Shown here: piece by piece, positions 10,980-23,663 of the stretch | Numbering within the stretch: the first letter of the stretch is position 1 | Layout of the letters: each line of letters begins with the position of its first letter | Assembly: GCA_030770535.1 (NCBI GenBank) | Contig: JASVEC010000016.1 | Coordinates: forward strand, 434,001 to 498,000 | Length of the DNA: 64,000 nt | Origin: Batkoa obscura | Lineage: Eukaryota | Reading direction: 5' to 3' | Notes under the pieces: model-generated | What the model saw: only the letters and a program-made list of their open reading frames with translations | The model's database searches: none | What the model was told of the DNA's origin: nothing | Translations under genes and position numbers: made by a program

Positions 10980-13421
10980 TTTAATATACTTAAACTTTTT
11001 TTTGCATATTGCTGGTATTTATAGTTTGTTTATATGATGACGCTCATGGCCTGTAAATGTTGTAATTCAAGATGTCAACCATAAACCATTTATGCGAAAA
11101 AGCGTTATTTTTTATGTTGTGTTATCATTATTTAATATTACTTGTCTCTCAGATCAGCAGGAAATGTAAAACATTTTTATATATAATTAGCAAGCAAACT
11201 TCTATTATTAGCAAATCTAATAATTAGACCGCTATTTCAGATCCTTCTTAACCCGGCTGTATATTCATTTTTGGATTTTTACATTAAGTCACACGGTAAA
11301 TCAATTTCTAGATACTTTAGTTTCTGTAAGAATTCTCTACATCCAATGAATATTCTGAGTGCAGCTATATACCAAACATAAACAACTTACACAATAAACC
11401 ATTAATTTTAATCTAATATTGCCTGTCTCAGAAATCAGTAGGAAATACAGTGTTCTTCATTCCATTCAGCAAGAAAAGTTTCAGCAAAAGTATTAAATGT
11501 GTAGCTACTTTTTCGGGGGTTTAGGTTTAAAATAACTATTGAATATTTTTAGGAGGAAGTTTGTACAGAATTAAACATATAGCAAGGATTTCAATGCAAA
11601 ATATTCAACCAGTTTGAAAAAGATTTTAAGCTTATTATTAGTGGGTAATAAAAGAGTAATCCTCATTCAGTTAACTTCTAAATCCAAAATAATATGGAAA
11701 TAAAAATCAAACACATAACTATCAAAAAAAGGAAAACCGAACTCCTAAGACTAAGAAACTAAGGACTAAATCTACAAAGAGATCATCTTAATCCATAATT
11801 GAATCTACGCTTAAAAGTCCATGTAAAAAAATCTCGATAATGAGTTGTATTTCTACAGCCTATTAACAAATCAACTAATTTAATAAATAAATCAATATAT
11901 TTCATTAATATTTCCGAGGAATTTCCATAGAGCTTTAAAATTTGAAAAGACTGAATCTTTCTTTAGTGCTTAAACTCCGTAGTATTTCTTTTTATTACCC
12001 AGAGTTTTATTAATATCTGGGTATTGCTTTTTATTCAAAATTTTTGCCTTATTTTTCTTGTGGGACATTATATTTTACCTATTATTAAATTCAAATCATA
12101 AATTCAGGAGCGAATTTGAAAAATAATTTCGTTCCCAGCCAATTAACATGGACTAAAGTAATCCAGCTTAAAATAATTGGATAGATCATAGATTAAGTGT
12201 CTATTTTATTGATCAGCCTACAAAATAAAAGTAAAAATTAAGCTAATTTTAATTTAAAAATTGATCATCCAAATAAACTTTAATAATAAGAATTTAAGCC
12301 ACATTCACTATTTTATTAAAACTTATCGAAATATTATTACAATTTCTTTTTTTATTTTATTCACTTATGTCTAATAAAGAAGCTACCTTTTTACCTTTAC
12401 AACAGAGAGTTGTTGTCTTAATTAAAGTAACCAATTTCTATTACTATTTTATTATTTTTTGTTAACAACTATTAAAATAGAAACTCGATGGTCTTTGGTT
12501 TTTATTAAATATAACAGGGCTCACATTTAGCTTAATATATACGCTATTGCCAATATTATTTGACAAAGACAAATTATTATTAATATATAAGTCTATCTTT
12601 TTAATATCTTTATTATCGGATAGTTTGATATTCCTTAAATATTTTGGTGTAAGTACTATCATTTTATTTATTACTTATAACTTACTCTGTTTATAGTTAA
12701 AAGGTTTTAAGTTTGGCTTCAAACCTTTACTATCTTTACTTAACTGGGAGCCTTTTTGTTACTTAGTCTATTCAGCTATATTTTTAAATTTAAGTTTTAC
12801 CTATGGTAATACAGCTTTATGATATAATAATGACACTTATTAAATTAATTAGGATCAACATTACCAATTAGTATAAGATATTTGAAAAATAGCATAAACT
12901 TTATAAGAAAAGATATATTAATATTAATTGAGCCAGCAATACAAAAGGAATTGATAAGATATAAATTAAATCCTGATCAAAAATTAGATATAAAATTATC
13001 TAACATTTATTTGAAGCTACAATCTATTATTTTAACTTTGACCCCAATTTTATTAAAGTTAAACATATTAATTGAGCTATTCTTGTTGCCTCTTAGTGTA
13101 TTGTTTTCTAGTTTGTAAGTATTTATAATTCATATTAATAATATAATTGACAATTTGTATTTCTTAGATTAAGTTTCAAATTATTACCTATCTTATTTTA
13201 TGGCTTATTTTTAAAATTACGTATATCCAACTGTAAAGCATTTAAATCTTTATTATTCAATTTATTAGCTATTAATTTTCCAATGTTAAAATCATTAGTT
13301 CAATAAGAATATAACAATTTTAATAACTATTATGGCTGGCCAAGGAATCTACCTATTTAAATAAATAAATATTATAATAATTGTATGTAAAATTGACTTG
13401 AGCTTACTATATTATAATTTA

Positions 13422-14396
13422 TTAACAAGATTCAGTCCAATTTAATATCTCCCTTAATTGATTATAATTTACACTATTTTTTCCATCTTTAGTTTTAGGT
13501 AATGAGCCTAAAGACAGCGACAAAAAGTCGACTGAGTTTGTATTTAAATCTGTAAACTCAAATTTTTTATTTTCATAACCCAGAAATACGTTGCTTTGCT
13601 CTTCATTTTCCTCTCCTAAACTTTCCATTAAGCTTGAGCTTTTACTTTCTCTTTGTTTGTCTCTGTAAAGTTAAAAATCATTAGTATGAATAAATACTGA
13701 GTGACCATAATGACTAAATTACATTTCACTTTCTAATAATGACTTTAATCTTGGTATCGAAATAGAAGTAGCTAAATCTGATTTATTAGCAATAATCAAA
13801 ATCGGTAACGAATTTTCAATAACAAAAGGCTGAGATAAAATATCATAAAGGGCTCTAAAAGAAAAGATAAACGTCATCATTAGAATTATATTAAATAAAT
13901 ATTACTCTGAAACTTTTATAATATTTCTAGTAGCAGAGAACGCATCTATCATGAATACTATTCCTTTAATACTATTTTCGTATTTGTTAATCAATTGTGC
14001 TCTTAATTTATCATGCCCTGGTACATCTATTATTTTCATCATCTTTTCTGTCAGCGGTTCTCCCTCTTCATCAACTGGCCTTACTAATGCTTCATTGCTT
14101 TTTAATGAAGTATGCGTTGGAAGCATTAAGCCTGTTCTTAACTAGGATATTATAAATACTATATATATTAAATGACATCAATACTTACTAAAGTAAATAA
14201 GGTGGTCTTTCCACTATTTGATAAACCAGTTAAAATAAATGCATCTCTTTCATTTAATAATTTGTTATTAAATTTTAAATAGACTATTAACCAAAATTTA
14301 GTCTTATTGATAATAATTAAATCTAAACAAATTACCAAGGACTCCTACAACTAGTAGCACTATTATCGCTATACTTAATAATAAAACCGTCTTCAT
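13422..14396 (-). CDS. SRP102: Signal recognition particle receptor beta subunit (5 exons)
   Basis: N-terminal TM helix; GLSNSGKTTLF P-loop; THTS; IIDVPGHDKLR; IVFMID; LIIANKSD; GT-AG introns. Confidence 0.9.
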
Positions 14397-15004
14397 TTTT
14401 AGTAAACTAAAAGAAATAAAATTTTACAAACTTCATTTTGTATTTTAAGTTGCCAATAATTAACTCGATAAATTACGTAACAAATAGCGATTGGCTGGAT
14501 ACTAAAAAAGCACCAAAATTTAAATAGTTATTAATATGGGTGTTATTAATGCAATAATAATGTTATGATAATGCTATAATGATACTACAACAGCATACTT
14601 TGGTATGTTAAAACAATTTTTTATTCATTTTATTTTATTCTAGTGATATATTTTTTACACTTTTCTCACACTTTTAAAATACCGGTTTTTGAACAATGTT
14701 CTTTTTTCAAGGGGAAAAAGTGGCATTTTAAAGCCAAAACAAATGCCAATAAAGAAGAAGATAAGGAATAATAAACCAATTAAAATCTAGTTTCAATTAA
14801 CAATCATTAATTAAAAAAAGTATAAGTTAGACAAGTTCATTTTTTATTAAATAATATAAATCTCAATTAAAGGAGCATCTATATATTATTATATATAATT
14901 GTTATCTTAATAGCTAAACAGTTATCTCTAATCTTATTATTTAATAATTGTCATTTCTCCTATCTACATATTGCCTTTGATTTTGTTTAAAAATATAAAT
15001 TAGG

Positions 15005-16827
15005 ATGTTAGCAAGTAAGTTTAATTTTATGATTTGCTATAATAAAATAACGATTGTTGTTAGCACCTGAGCGTAGTGGTACTGTAACCATGACTAATGG
15101 TTTCGGAAATGTAAATAAAGTTATTTTTTTGAAACATGAATTAAATTTACTTTAATAGAATAATTATCGTACTAAAAAATTAGGAGGATATGTTGGATTT
15201 GGTAATTTACCAAATCAGGTACATCGCAAAGCAGTTAAAAAAGGATTTTATTTTACTATGATGGTTGTTGGTAAGACTATCTAAATCATTAATAAGGATA
15301 AAATTTAATTAATTCAGGTGAGTCTGGACTTGGAAAATCAACACTTATCAATACCTTATTTAATACTCGACTTTATCCCGAAAAAACTGATGTTAATCCA
15401 ACTAGTTACACTCCAAAAACAGTAGAATTACAAACTATAAGTGCAGGTATTATTTAATGTAGCATATTCGCCAATTTGTATTAACAATAATTTTAAATAG
15501 ATATCGAAGAGAATGGAGTAAAATTGAATTTAACTGTCATTGATACTCCTGGATTTGGTGATTTTGTTAATAATGAAGATAGGTAAGTGATCTTTTAAGG
15601 GCAATTTATAAATGATGTTAAATTATCTTAGTTGGAGACCAATCCTTGACAACATCGAACAAAGATATAGTGCTTATCTTGACCAAGAATCTCGAGTTAA
15701 CAGGTCTCAAATTCTAGATAACCGAGTTCATGCTTGTTTGTATTTTATTGCACCTACTGGTCATGCGTCAGTTTTTATTATAATTTATATAAGCTGTAAC
15801 TTAATTTTTTTTAGTTTAAAGCCATTAGATATTGAATTCATGAAAAGATTACACACTAAAGTGAATTTAATACCTATTATTGCTAAATCAGACACTCTTA
15901 CTGAAGAAGAAGTTGTTTCATTTAAAGAGCGTATACTTAATGATATCAATTACCATAATATTCAAATATTTAAGCCCTCCATTTATGAAAACGATGATCC
16001 AGATTCAGTAGCTGAACTTAGTGAAATTACTGTAATGATATATTTATTTTATATTTTTATAACTCACATATTCATTTAGGGTAAAATTCCATTTGCTGTA
16101 GTTGGTGGTACTGAAGAATATCCAGTTAACGGTAAATTAGTAAGAGGACGTAAATATCCATGGGGTGTCATTGAAGGTAATATAGTTTACAAAAATAGGT
16201 GGAATAGATCTAATTAAATAATTTAGTTGATAACGAAGAGCATAATGATTTTGTTAAGCTTCGACAAATGTTAATAAGGTAATTAATAAGAAATAAAAAT
16301 AAATATCGATTAAACTTTCTTTTAATAGAACCAACCTTGAAGACTTAAAAGATCACACTGACACTCAGCTTTATGAAAAATTCAGATCTGCCAAATTACT
16401 TTCTCAAGGCCATGTTCAAGACAATTCTGTATTCAAAGAAGTCAAGTAAGATAAACTGACGATACGATTTGACATCATTAACCTATTAATAACTTTATAG
16501 CCCAGTAACTAAGATGGAAGAAGAAAGACAACTCCATGAAGCCAAAATGCAAAAGATGGAAGCCGAAATGAAGATGGTATTCCAACAAAAAGTACAAGAA
16601 AAAGAGCAGAAACTTAAAAATTCTGAAGATGAAGTAAGTTTTACTAATCCTATATATTACAATCATCAACTTAAGTATTTTAGTTATATGCTCGTCATAA
16701 AGATCTAAAGGAAGCCTTAGAGAAACAGCGTATGGAGTTAGAAGAGAAAAAGAAACGCCTTGAGGCTGGGCTTAGACCTATCACACCTGATAAGAGTAAA
16801 AAGAAAGGTTTTGCTTTCAAACAATAA
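15005..16827 (+). CDS. CDC3: Septin, Cdc3/AspB type (multi-exon)
   Basis: [49 protein letters not shown]; coiled coil [27 protein letters not shown]. Confidence 0.92.
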
Positions 16828-16985
16828 ATTTCTATAATTTGTTATTATCAATTTTATTAATTTGTTGTTTATTTTATTTAAACTATTTATGTTAAACTAT
16901 TTCACAGTGCTAATATTCATTTTCAGCAAAGATTACATAATGAATTGGATACATATAAATTGAATTTTTTTATTAAAGGCAAAAA

Positions 16986-17991
16986 TTATTGGGATCTATT
17001 GGCAGCAGCAGTAGCGGCAGTAGATGGGAAAACCGACGATAAAAATTGCTTTAATTTGTAATAATAAGTCTTAACAGTTTCTGGTACTTTTGGAGTTAAA
17101 ACATAACTATCAACTAATTTTTCCAATTGTCCAAAAGCAACTCTAGTTTGTGGAGATTTACTTGCTTTTACTTTTAAGAAGAAAATATAAGCAATAATGG
17201 CATAAGAAGTTGTATTACGACTAAAGGAATTTGTTATAAATGAATAATAAACAAATGATAAAACTTACAGTAAAAAGTTGACAAAAATCAAAGCTGGAAT
17301 AATTGAAACTTCAGCAAAACTGGCAATTTCAATTGCTTTTAAATAATAACGACTTTTAAGGACATCGAGTGCTAAAGCTAATTGTGCTGGATAGCTTTTA
17401 GTTTCTTTGTGCTCTTCAATTTCTTTTTTAATTTCTGGGAATAAAAGTGGTAAGATATTAGAACGTATATAGCCAGCTAAATGGAATAAGGAAAATATAA
17501 AGAAGGGGACCAAAGTGACTAAAAAAATCAATATTAACTCTAAATAAAAATAAAAATCTTACATGAAAGAACGCGTGAAAAAAGCCAGAAAGTGGCAAGG
17601 AGAAGATATAGAGAATTATCATCAATGAGTACTTTTTGAACGTATTGTACAGACAAACTGAATGGCTAAAAGGGATTAATTAAAGTTTATAAAAATATAT
17701 TACTCAATTTTACTTGATTCGTGAGATAGATAACTAAACCATAACTAAACATAGCACTCAAATAAACTAATCTATATGCTTTAGTGAAACTAAAAGCTGA
17801 AAATACATAAAAAAGAGTTCCAAGTACAACTAATAAATGACCAGTAAACCAACGAAATTGTTGAGTCTAAGTAAAGAATATGTATAAATATATTATCTTA
17901 ATTTAAATAGAGCTGTAAAAATAATTACACCAAAGATAGCTTGTAAGCGATTAAAAGCTTCACCGACAGAGGCAACGTTATTTAAAGCCAT
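16986..17991 (-). CDS. POM33: Nucleoporin POM33/TMEM33 family membrane protein (multi-exon)
   Basis: QQFRWFTGH; AYRLVYLSAMFSYG; DDNSLYLLLATFW; LVPFFIFSLFHLAGYIR. Confidence 0.82.
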
Positions 17992-18482
17992 AATGAGTAA
18001 AATAGAAGATTAAAAAGTTTAAGCTCCATAGTTTTTTTTATTTATGTGTGTCAATAATTTTTTTAATAACTATTACATCAAATAAGATTGATTTATACTT
18101 TAATTTTCTTATTTTGCTTATTTATTATGTCAGATGTTGGAATTACCTTATTGGCTATAAATAGAACCTAATAAAATTACTCAATAATGATTCTTTCAAA
18201 AATATTTTTTTTGAATATATTTAATTACATGGTCATAAATAATTGGAAACATAACAGATTACAATAATAATAAACAAATAAGTGGAAATTTATAATTAAA
18301 CCAACTTTTATAATATATACATAGATTCAAAAGTGGTTAGTAAATTTTCATAAAATTTTATTATGAACAATATAATGAAACACTTTGTTAACAATTATTT
18401 GAAGGCTTTTTTTAAGAACATCATAAAACAGTAAAACAAAAAAAGAAGTTTTAAAAAGGAAAATCGAAGTCTAATTTATTCA

Positions 18483-18520
18483 GCCAATCATTGTATTAGA
18501 ATAGAAGTTGAGCTATAAAT
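18483..18520 (+). promoter_or_regulatory. CCAAT box and TATA box upstream of candidate ncRNA
   Basis: GCCAATCA at ~18483 and TATAAAT at ~18514, with no coding ORF downstream on +. Confidence 0.4.
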
Positions 18521-18559
18521 GAAGCATAAAAAAATAGGAGGTTTTTTTCTTATGCAAAC

Positions 18560-18760
18560 AACAAACTTAATCTTTTGGATGACTAAAGAAGACAGGAGAC
18601 AATACTAATGAGGACAACGTTCAACTTCTCGTGGGTTGATGGCTTCATGAAGGCGAATTAGCCTGAAAGTCACATGGCGCTGTGCCAATTAAGTTAGTCT
18701 CTTAAGATCTTTTATAAGGTTTAATCTAAGAGTTGAATAATTTTTGGAACCCAATGGGTT
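18560..18760 (+). ncRNA. Candidate Sm-class structured small RNA of unknown family
   Basis: GC-elevated island with several hairpins; AATTTTTGG Sm-site motif at 18739-18747 followed by terminal hairpin AACCC-AAT-GGGTT; no credible ORF. Confidence 0.5.
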
Positions 18761-18821
18761 GAAATTTATAAATAACAATAACAATAATTTAAAAATCCTA
18801 TAAAATTCTATAAAATTCTAT

Positions 18822-19690
18822 TTATTCAGCTAATATTGACATGATCTTATACGCTCTATCTTTTTGAAACTCACTATATCCAGTTTTTTTAATATTTTCT
18901 TCACTTTTGTTTTCACTTTCTTTTGTCTTTTCCTCCTCTTTTTGTTCTTCTTTTCCCTCTTCTTTTACTTCTTCCTTTACTTCCTCTTTTGCATCATTCG
19001 TATTATCACTTTCGAATATTTCCTTAGCTTCTTCTAATAAGGACTAAAAAAATGAGATTACAAAAAATAGTCAAAAAATAAAATTACTTGTCTAGCTTTT
19101 CCTTTCGAATCTTTTATGTAAAGAAGGATATTTTCGAACATATCCTCATCAAACTTTAAAAGCTTAAAAAATGATATAGATAATATGCTATTATTTTACC
19201 TTATTTTCAGTATATAAATTTTGGAATATATAGACTTGTACTATTTTTCTAAACTTCCATTGGTCTCTATATGATTTAAATTGCTCAAGGTAAGCTACTG
19301 CTTCCGCTAGCTCTATGTTTTCCTATAAGTACAGTTTTAAGCCTTGAATAAAATTAAATTACTGAATTTTTCCTGAGATTCATCTCGTTTAGATGGTGGA
19401 ACTTTAATTTTCTTTTTAATGCTCTTATTTTCCTCTGTAACTATAAAAATGATATTCAATAAACAGAAATCATAAAGAACAGACTTTGACTAACCTTCTT
19501 CTTCTTTTTCATCACCCTCATTCAAAGCGTTTTCTTTGTCATCTTGTTCAGCTTTATGTTTTTTAACTTGCTCATACAAATCTTTAACTCTATCCTCATC
19601 TCTTTTTTTACCTTTTCTTTCTTTTTTATTTTGCTTACTTTTGTGATTCTTATCTTGCGTTATTGCTTTTTTCTCAATTGGATTATCCAT
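18822..19690 (-). CDS. WKF-domain (DUF2373 / C7orf50-like) protein (multi-exon)
   Basis: Lys-rich N-terminus; AVAYLEQF...QWKFRKIVQVYI; YIKDSKGKAR; C-terminal RAYKIMSIL. Confidence 0.75.
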
Positions 19691-20175
19691 TTTATATTAA
19701 ATATTGTTGAAAAACTAGGATTTGATTTTTATTTAAACTATTATATTTCAGTAAATTTATTAACTTTCGAAAAAGCCAATCAATGTCAAGGATTTTAGCT
19801 AACAAAAAGTATAAAAGACTTTATTTGTACTATCTATTCTCTTATAATAGAATCAATAGAACATTTTGACATCTGAACCTTTTTATTTATTTGTTGGATT
19901 ACTATAGTTCATAGGCTTACATATGATTCTTTTTTTTAATGTAAGTAATTAATACATAATTTGCAGAGATCTATTCGTATATACCAATAACCATTTAATT
20001 TATCAAAAAGGTTAAGAATATCCTAAACTAGCAAAAAAGCTCAACACACCAAATGCTACAATATACATTAATGACTTTGTTAGCGGTGTTATAAACCTCT
20101 TTTGATCTAAAGTGTCATTATCGTTAATTTTATCCAAGGTATTATTTTATATTAGTAATAGAAATGAGTATATAT

Positions 20176-20263
20176 AAGAGTGTTTTTTTCTGGTTTCATT
20201 TTTTTCCATTTAAGTGCAATTTGAGTGGAGAAATTGTTAGTAAAGTTTAAAAAACATATCCTT
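20176..20263. mobile_element. MITE, degenerate
   Basis: Reverse-orientation copy of the family, ATAT flanks. Confidence 0.7.
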
Positions 20264-20729
20264 ATATACTAAGTGGTTTCTATAACTATCATAGGAAGTT
20301 AGATTTTATTGTTTGTTATTTTATACTAAATCTAATATAACAAATGTCAATTTAAACTGCTTGTCTCAAATAACTATATTTAAAGCTGAGGAAGAATCAA
20401 ATCCGCTTTGTATATTTGGAAAGCTCCATTATCGTAATTTAATCAAAGAACATCACTTCAGCTAAATATTTCAGCAATAAATAAATTAAAGTCAATGCAT
20501 AAGAGAAATATTTTAACAATAATATCACCAACTTAATATAATTACTAAATAAATGATTTTTTTTATATTTAATAAAGTGAAAACAACAATTTAGTCAATT
20601 TTAATGCTGCTTAAGAGCATTTAATACATTAAATAATTCAATAAGAATTTATTGCTTAAGAATTCCGAATGGCTACAGTATAAAAAATCACAAAATTATT
20701 CTTTATTTTTTATTTTTTATTTTCTTTGA

Positions 20730-22157
20730 ATGTTGACATTGCTAACCTTAATCAATCTTTTCTATTATAAAGCCATTGCATTGTTACCAAGGGCTAGTGA
20801 GGGTGGATGTATAGTGATTGAAGATAAATTGTATTATTTGGGTGGGAGGACCTATTCACCAAACATTGGTTATATAAGACAAAATTATGAAGTATTTACA
20901 TTAAACTTGCAGGAAGGGTTTAAGCTAGCTGGAAACATTGCGCCATGGGAAAGGAAAAACATAACTAATCCACCAAGAACGATGCTCACTAAATATATGT
21001 TTTATATCGGAACTGAAAACCGGCGTAAAACAATAGTAGGTTTTAAGAATGATTATATGAGGTTAGGTTTAGTTATTAATTATTTTGATATGGAATTAAA
21101 TAAATGGTATAAAGAAGATTTTGTTGATAAGATGTATGCTGAGTTTAATATAGCAAATGTAGAGATAATAAACTCTCAACAGATATACTTTCTATTACAA
21201 GATGAGAAAGATTTAAATCAATTCTATATATCTGGGAGTTTTCATTATCGGAATTCAACTGAACGTACATCACTTCAATTGAATTCATTTAATATCAAAA
21301 CAAAGCAAATGAAATTGATACATAAAACAAATAAGAAGGTTATTTTTGAGCAATTGTTTATTTTAAACAACAAATTGTACTATGTTGAATATACAACAGA
21401 ATATAAACGAGAGTTGATATATCGTAATAAAACTTTGTATGAGCTAGATTTGAAAACATATAATTTAAAAACATATAGTTTGAATATAAATTTGTTGTAC
21501 TATCAATCTACATTTGTAAAAGTTCAGCAATCAATATATCTTATTGGATTGAGAGATGGGAATAAAAGAATAATGGAAATTTATGAGTTCAAATTTAACC
21601 CGTTTTTGTTTAAGAGGATTGATAAAAAAATTGCCTCGTTTAATCATTGGGGATGCTTTGCTAGCTATGATAGCTTTATTATAAATTCATTCGGCGATCA
21701 ATATGGTGGTACTAATACCGTTCTAGAAAGCACAGATAAAATGTTAATATTAGATACAAAAAGTTGGGAGGTTGTTGAAGGCTTACCATCCTTAATTGAG
21801 AATAAAGAAAATATTAGGAAAGATGACAGCGAGAACGATAACACAAATAAGGGGGTTGGTAAAAGCGACAAGAGGGAAAATAATAGTTCGTTAATAGGAG
21901 GGGTTGTAGGAGGGATAGGCGGATTTCTTATAATAGCAGCAGCTATAATATTTACATTTTACAAACGTAAATTGAAAAAAGATAAGCCACCAAGTATCAT
22001 TATGGAGCCGATACTTACCAAACCAATTGATCTATTAGATGCCAACAACATTTATTACAACTCAGGAATATTTAACTATTCCCAAGAAATTGATTTTAAT
22101 AGTAATATGTTACCTGCAAAAACACACCTCAAACTCAATGGAAATAACTATAGTTGA
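20730..22157 (+). CDS. Kelch-like beta-propeller type I membrane protein (paralog of 4534..5988)
   Basis: 475-aa ORF colinear with 4534..5988 (e.g. LQDEKDLNQFYISGSF, ESTDKMLILDTK); signal peptide and TM helix. Confidence 0.75.
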   Translation: MLTLLTLINLFYYKAIALLPRASEGGCIVIEDKLYYLGGRTYSPNIGYIRQNYEVFTLNLQEGFKLAGNIAPWERKNITNPPRTMLTKYMFYIGTENRRKTIVGFKNDYMRLGLVINYFDMELNKWYKEDFVDKMYAEFNIANVEIINSQQIYFLLQDEKDLNQFYISGSFHYRNSTERTSLQLNSFNIKTKQMKLIHKTNKKVIFEQLFILNNKLYYVEYTTEYKRELIYRNKTLYELDLKTYNLKTYSLNINLLYYQSTFVKVQQSIYLIGLRDGNKRIMEIYEFKFNPFLFKRIDKKIASFNHWGCFASYDSFIINSFGDQYGGTNTVLESTDKMLILDTKSWEVVEGLPSLIENKENIRKDDSENDNTNKGVGKSDKRENNSSLIGGVVGGIGGFLIIAAAIIFTFYKRKLKKDKPPSIIMEPILTKPIDLLDANNIYYNSGIFNYSQEIDFNSNMLPAKTHLKLNGNNYS

Positions 22158-22328
22158 AATTTAATTACTATGAGTAAAGCTAACGAATTTAAATATCTGA
22201 GCTATTTAATAAAATTTACTGACTTAATGAAAGAAAGTTACTTTGAAAACTTAAAGCTCCATGGGTCAAGAACATTCCTCTACTAGTCTTTTTATTCTCT
22301 TTTTAAATTACTTTTTCTAACACTTTAT

Positions 22329-22418
22329 GGGGATGTTTTTTTTCATTATTTTTTCTATTTTTTAAGCGCTATTTGAGTAGAAAGATTACTAGTAAAATTC
22401 TCAAACAAATATATCCTC
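22329..22418. mobile_element. MITE
   Basis: GGGGATGT...ATATCCTC, TTAT TSD. Confidence 0.85.
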
Positions 22419-22826
22419 TTATATTAATCTACTACTTGTGACTTTACCCCATCAAAAGTGTAAGGAAAGAGCTATGACGTCTTTCACATACATTATGTTA
22501 AATGAACTATTTTCATTATTTTCAGCTTTTTTATAGGTACAAATTAAAAATGGGAGCTTTCAATATTATTAAGCAATAATCCTTACAGGTTTATTAGGAT
22601 ATTAAATATTGATAGCAGTTGTATTATGTTAATTTATTCCACCAATCATACGACATAAATTTTAGGTTTTTGCATTACTAACAACATTATATTTAAGAAA
22701 AGTTGATATAAACAATATTAAATAAACTGAAAACAACTTAATATTATATAAGTATATTGTATAGAGTGAGTTTACAGAATTTATAAATATATATAGATTA
22801 TACTGTAAAATATCACTAATTCTGAT

Positions 22827-22908
22827 CTCACCTTAGCTCAGTTGGAAGAGCGATGGACTGTAAATAATAGCAATCCATCGGTCCCTGGTTCGATCCCGGG
22901 AGGTGAGA
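22827..22908 (+). tRNA. tRNA-Tyr(GTA) with 9-nt intron
   Basis: Acceptor CTCACCT/AGGTGAG+A; A-box TAGCTCAGTTGG; anticodon arm ATGGA-CTGTAA[intron]A-TCCAT; B-box GGTTCGATCCC; poly-T terminator follows. Confidence 0.95.
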
Positions 22909-23663
22909 TTTTTTTATTTAATTGAATTATACAATAGACTGGTAGTAATAGTTTATAATAATGTTTAAACTAAACTAAAGTTAATTAAAAGTAAAATATC
23001 TTTTATTAATACTGACACAATCAAGTAAGCACTTCAAAAATGTGGTTACTTTAAACTATTTATATAAATAATAAAACCTAGTTTTATGTATATGATATAA
23101 TTTTAATTTGTCATTATCATCTTTTTAGTCTTTACAGTTCAATTATTTTAAAAAAACAAATATAGTATTAATTCTTAAAATTTCCAATATAGTTAATAAA
23201 CAAATATTATGCTATTTTTGCTTCAAAAATTCCTAATAGATTTTAAACTTTTTAAATTAATAAAGGACTTTAAAAGATAAAAGATATTAAAGCTTAATAG
23301 GGCTTGATAACATAATACAATCTAAACTACAAAAAAATAAACTTAGATCACTATTAGAACACTAAAAGAAAAGTTTTTAGCCAATTAGAATTCGTATTTA
23401 TTTTGATACCATCATTTTTATCTAAAAATGACTTCAAACTGAAACTTTTCTAAACAACAAACTTTACAATTAGTGACGCAAACAATCAAATTGTCAATAA
23501 TTTTAATCATGAACTGATTATTTTAAAAAATAAAAAGCTCCCAATTCGCAATTTTTTCAATCCAAATTTGAAAATCATGATCTCATTGCATCCCAAGGAA
23601 AGGTATAAATACTAAATTTCTTCTCAAAAACATTTTTAAAGTTTAAAATTCTTATTATTTAGG

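Noticed and set aside
11600..13200. Short ORFs and possible degraded element
   Set aside because: No termini, motifs or splice structure that I can support
18560..18760. Assignment as U1, U4, U5, U11, U12, RNase MRP or telomerase RNA
   Set aside because: Only short partial matches; the diagnostic motif of each is missing, so it is left unassigned
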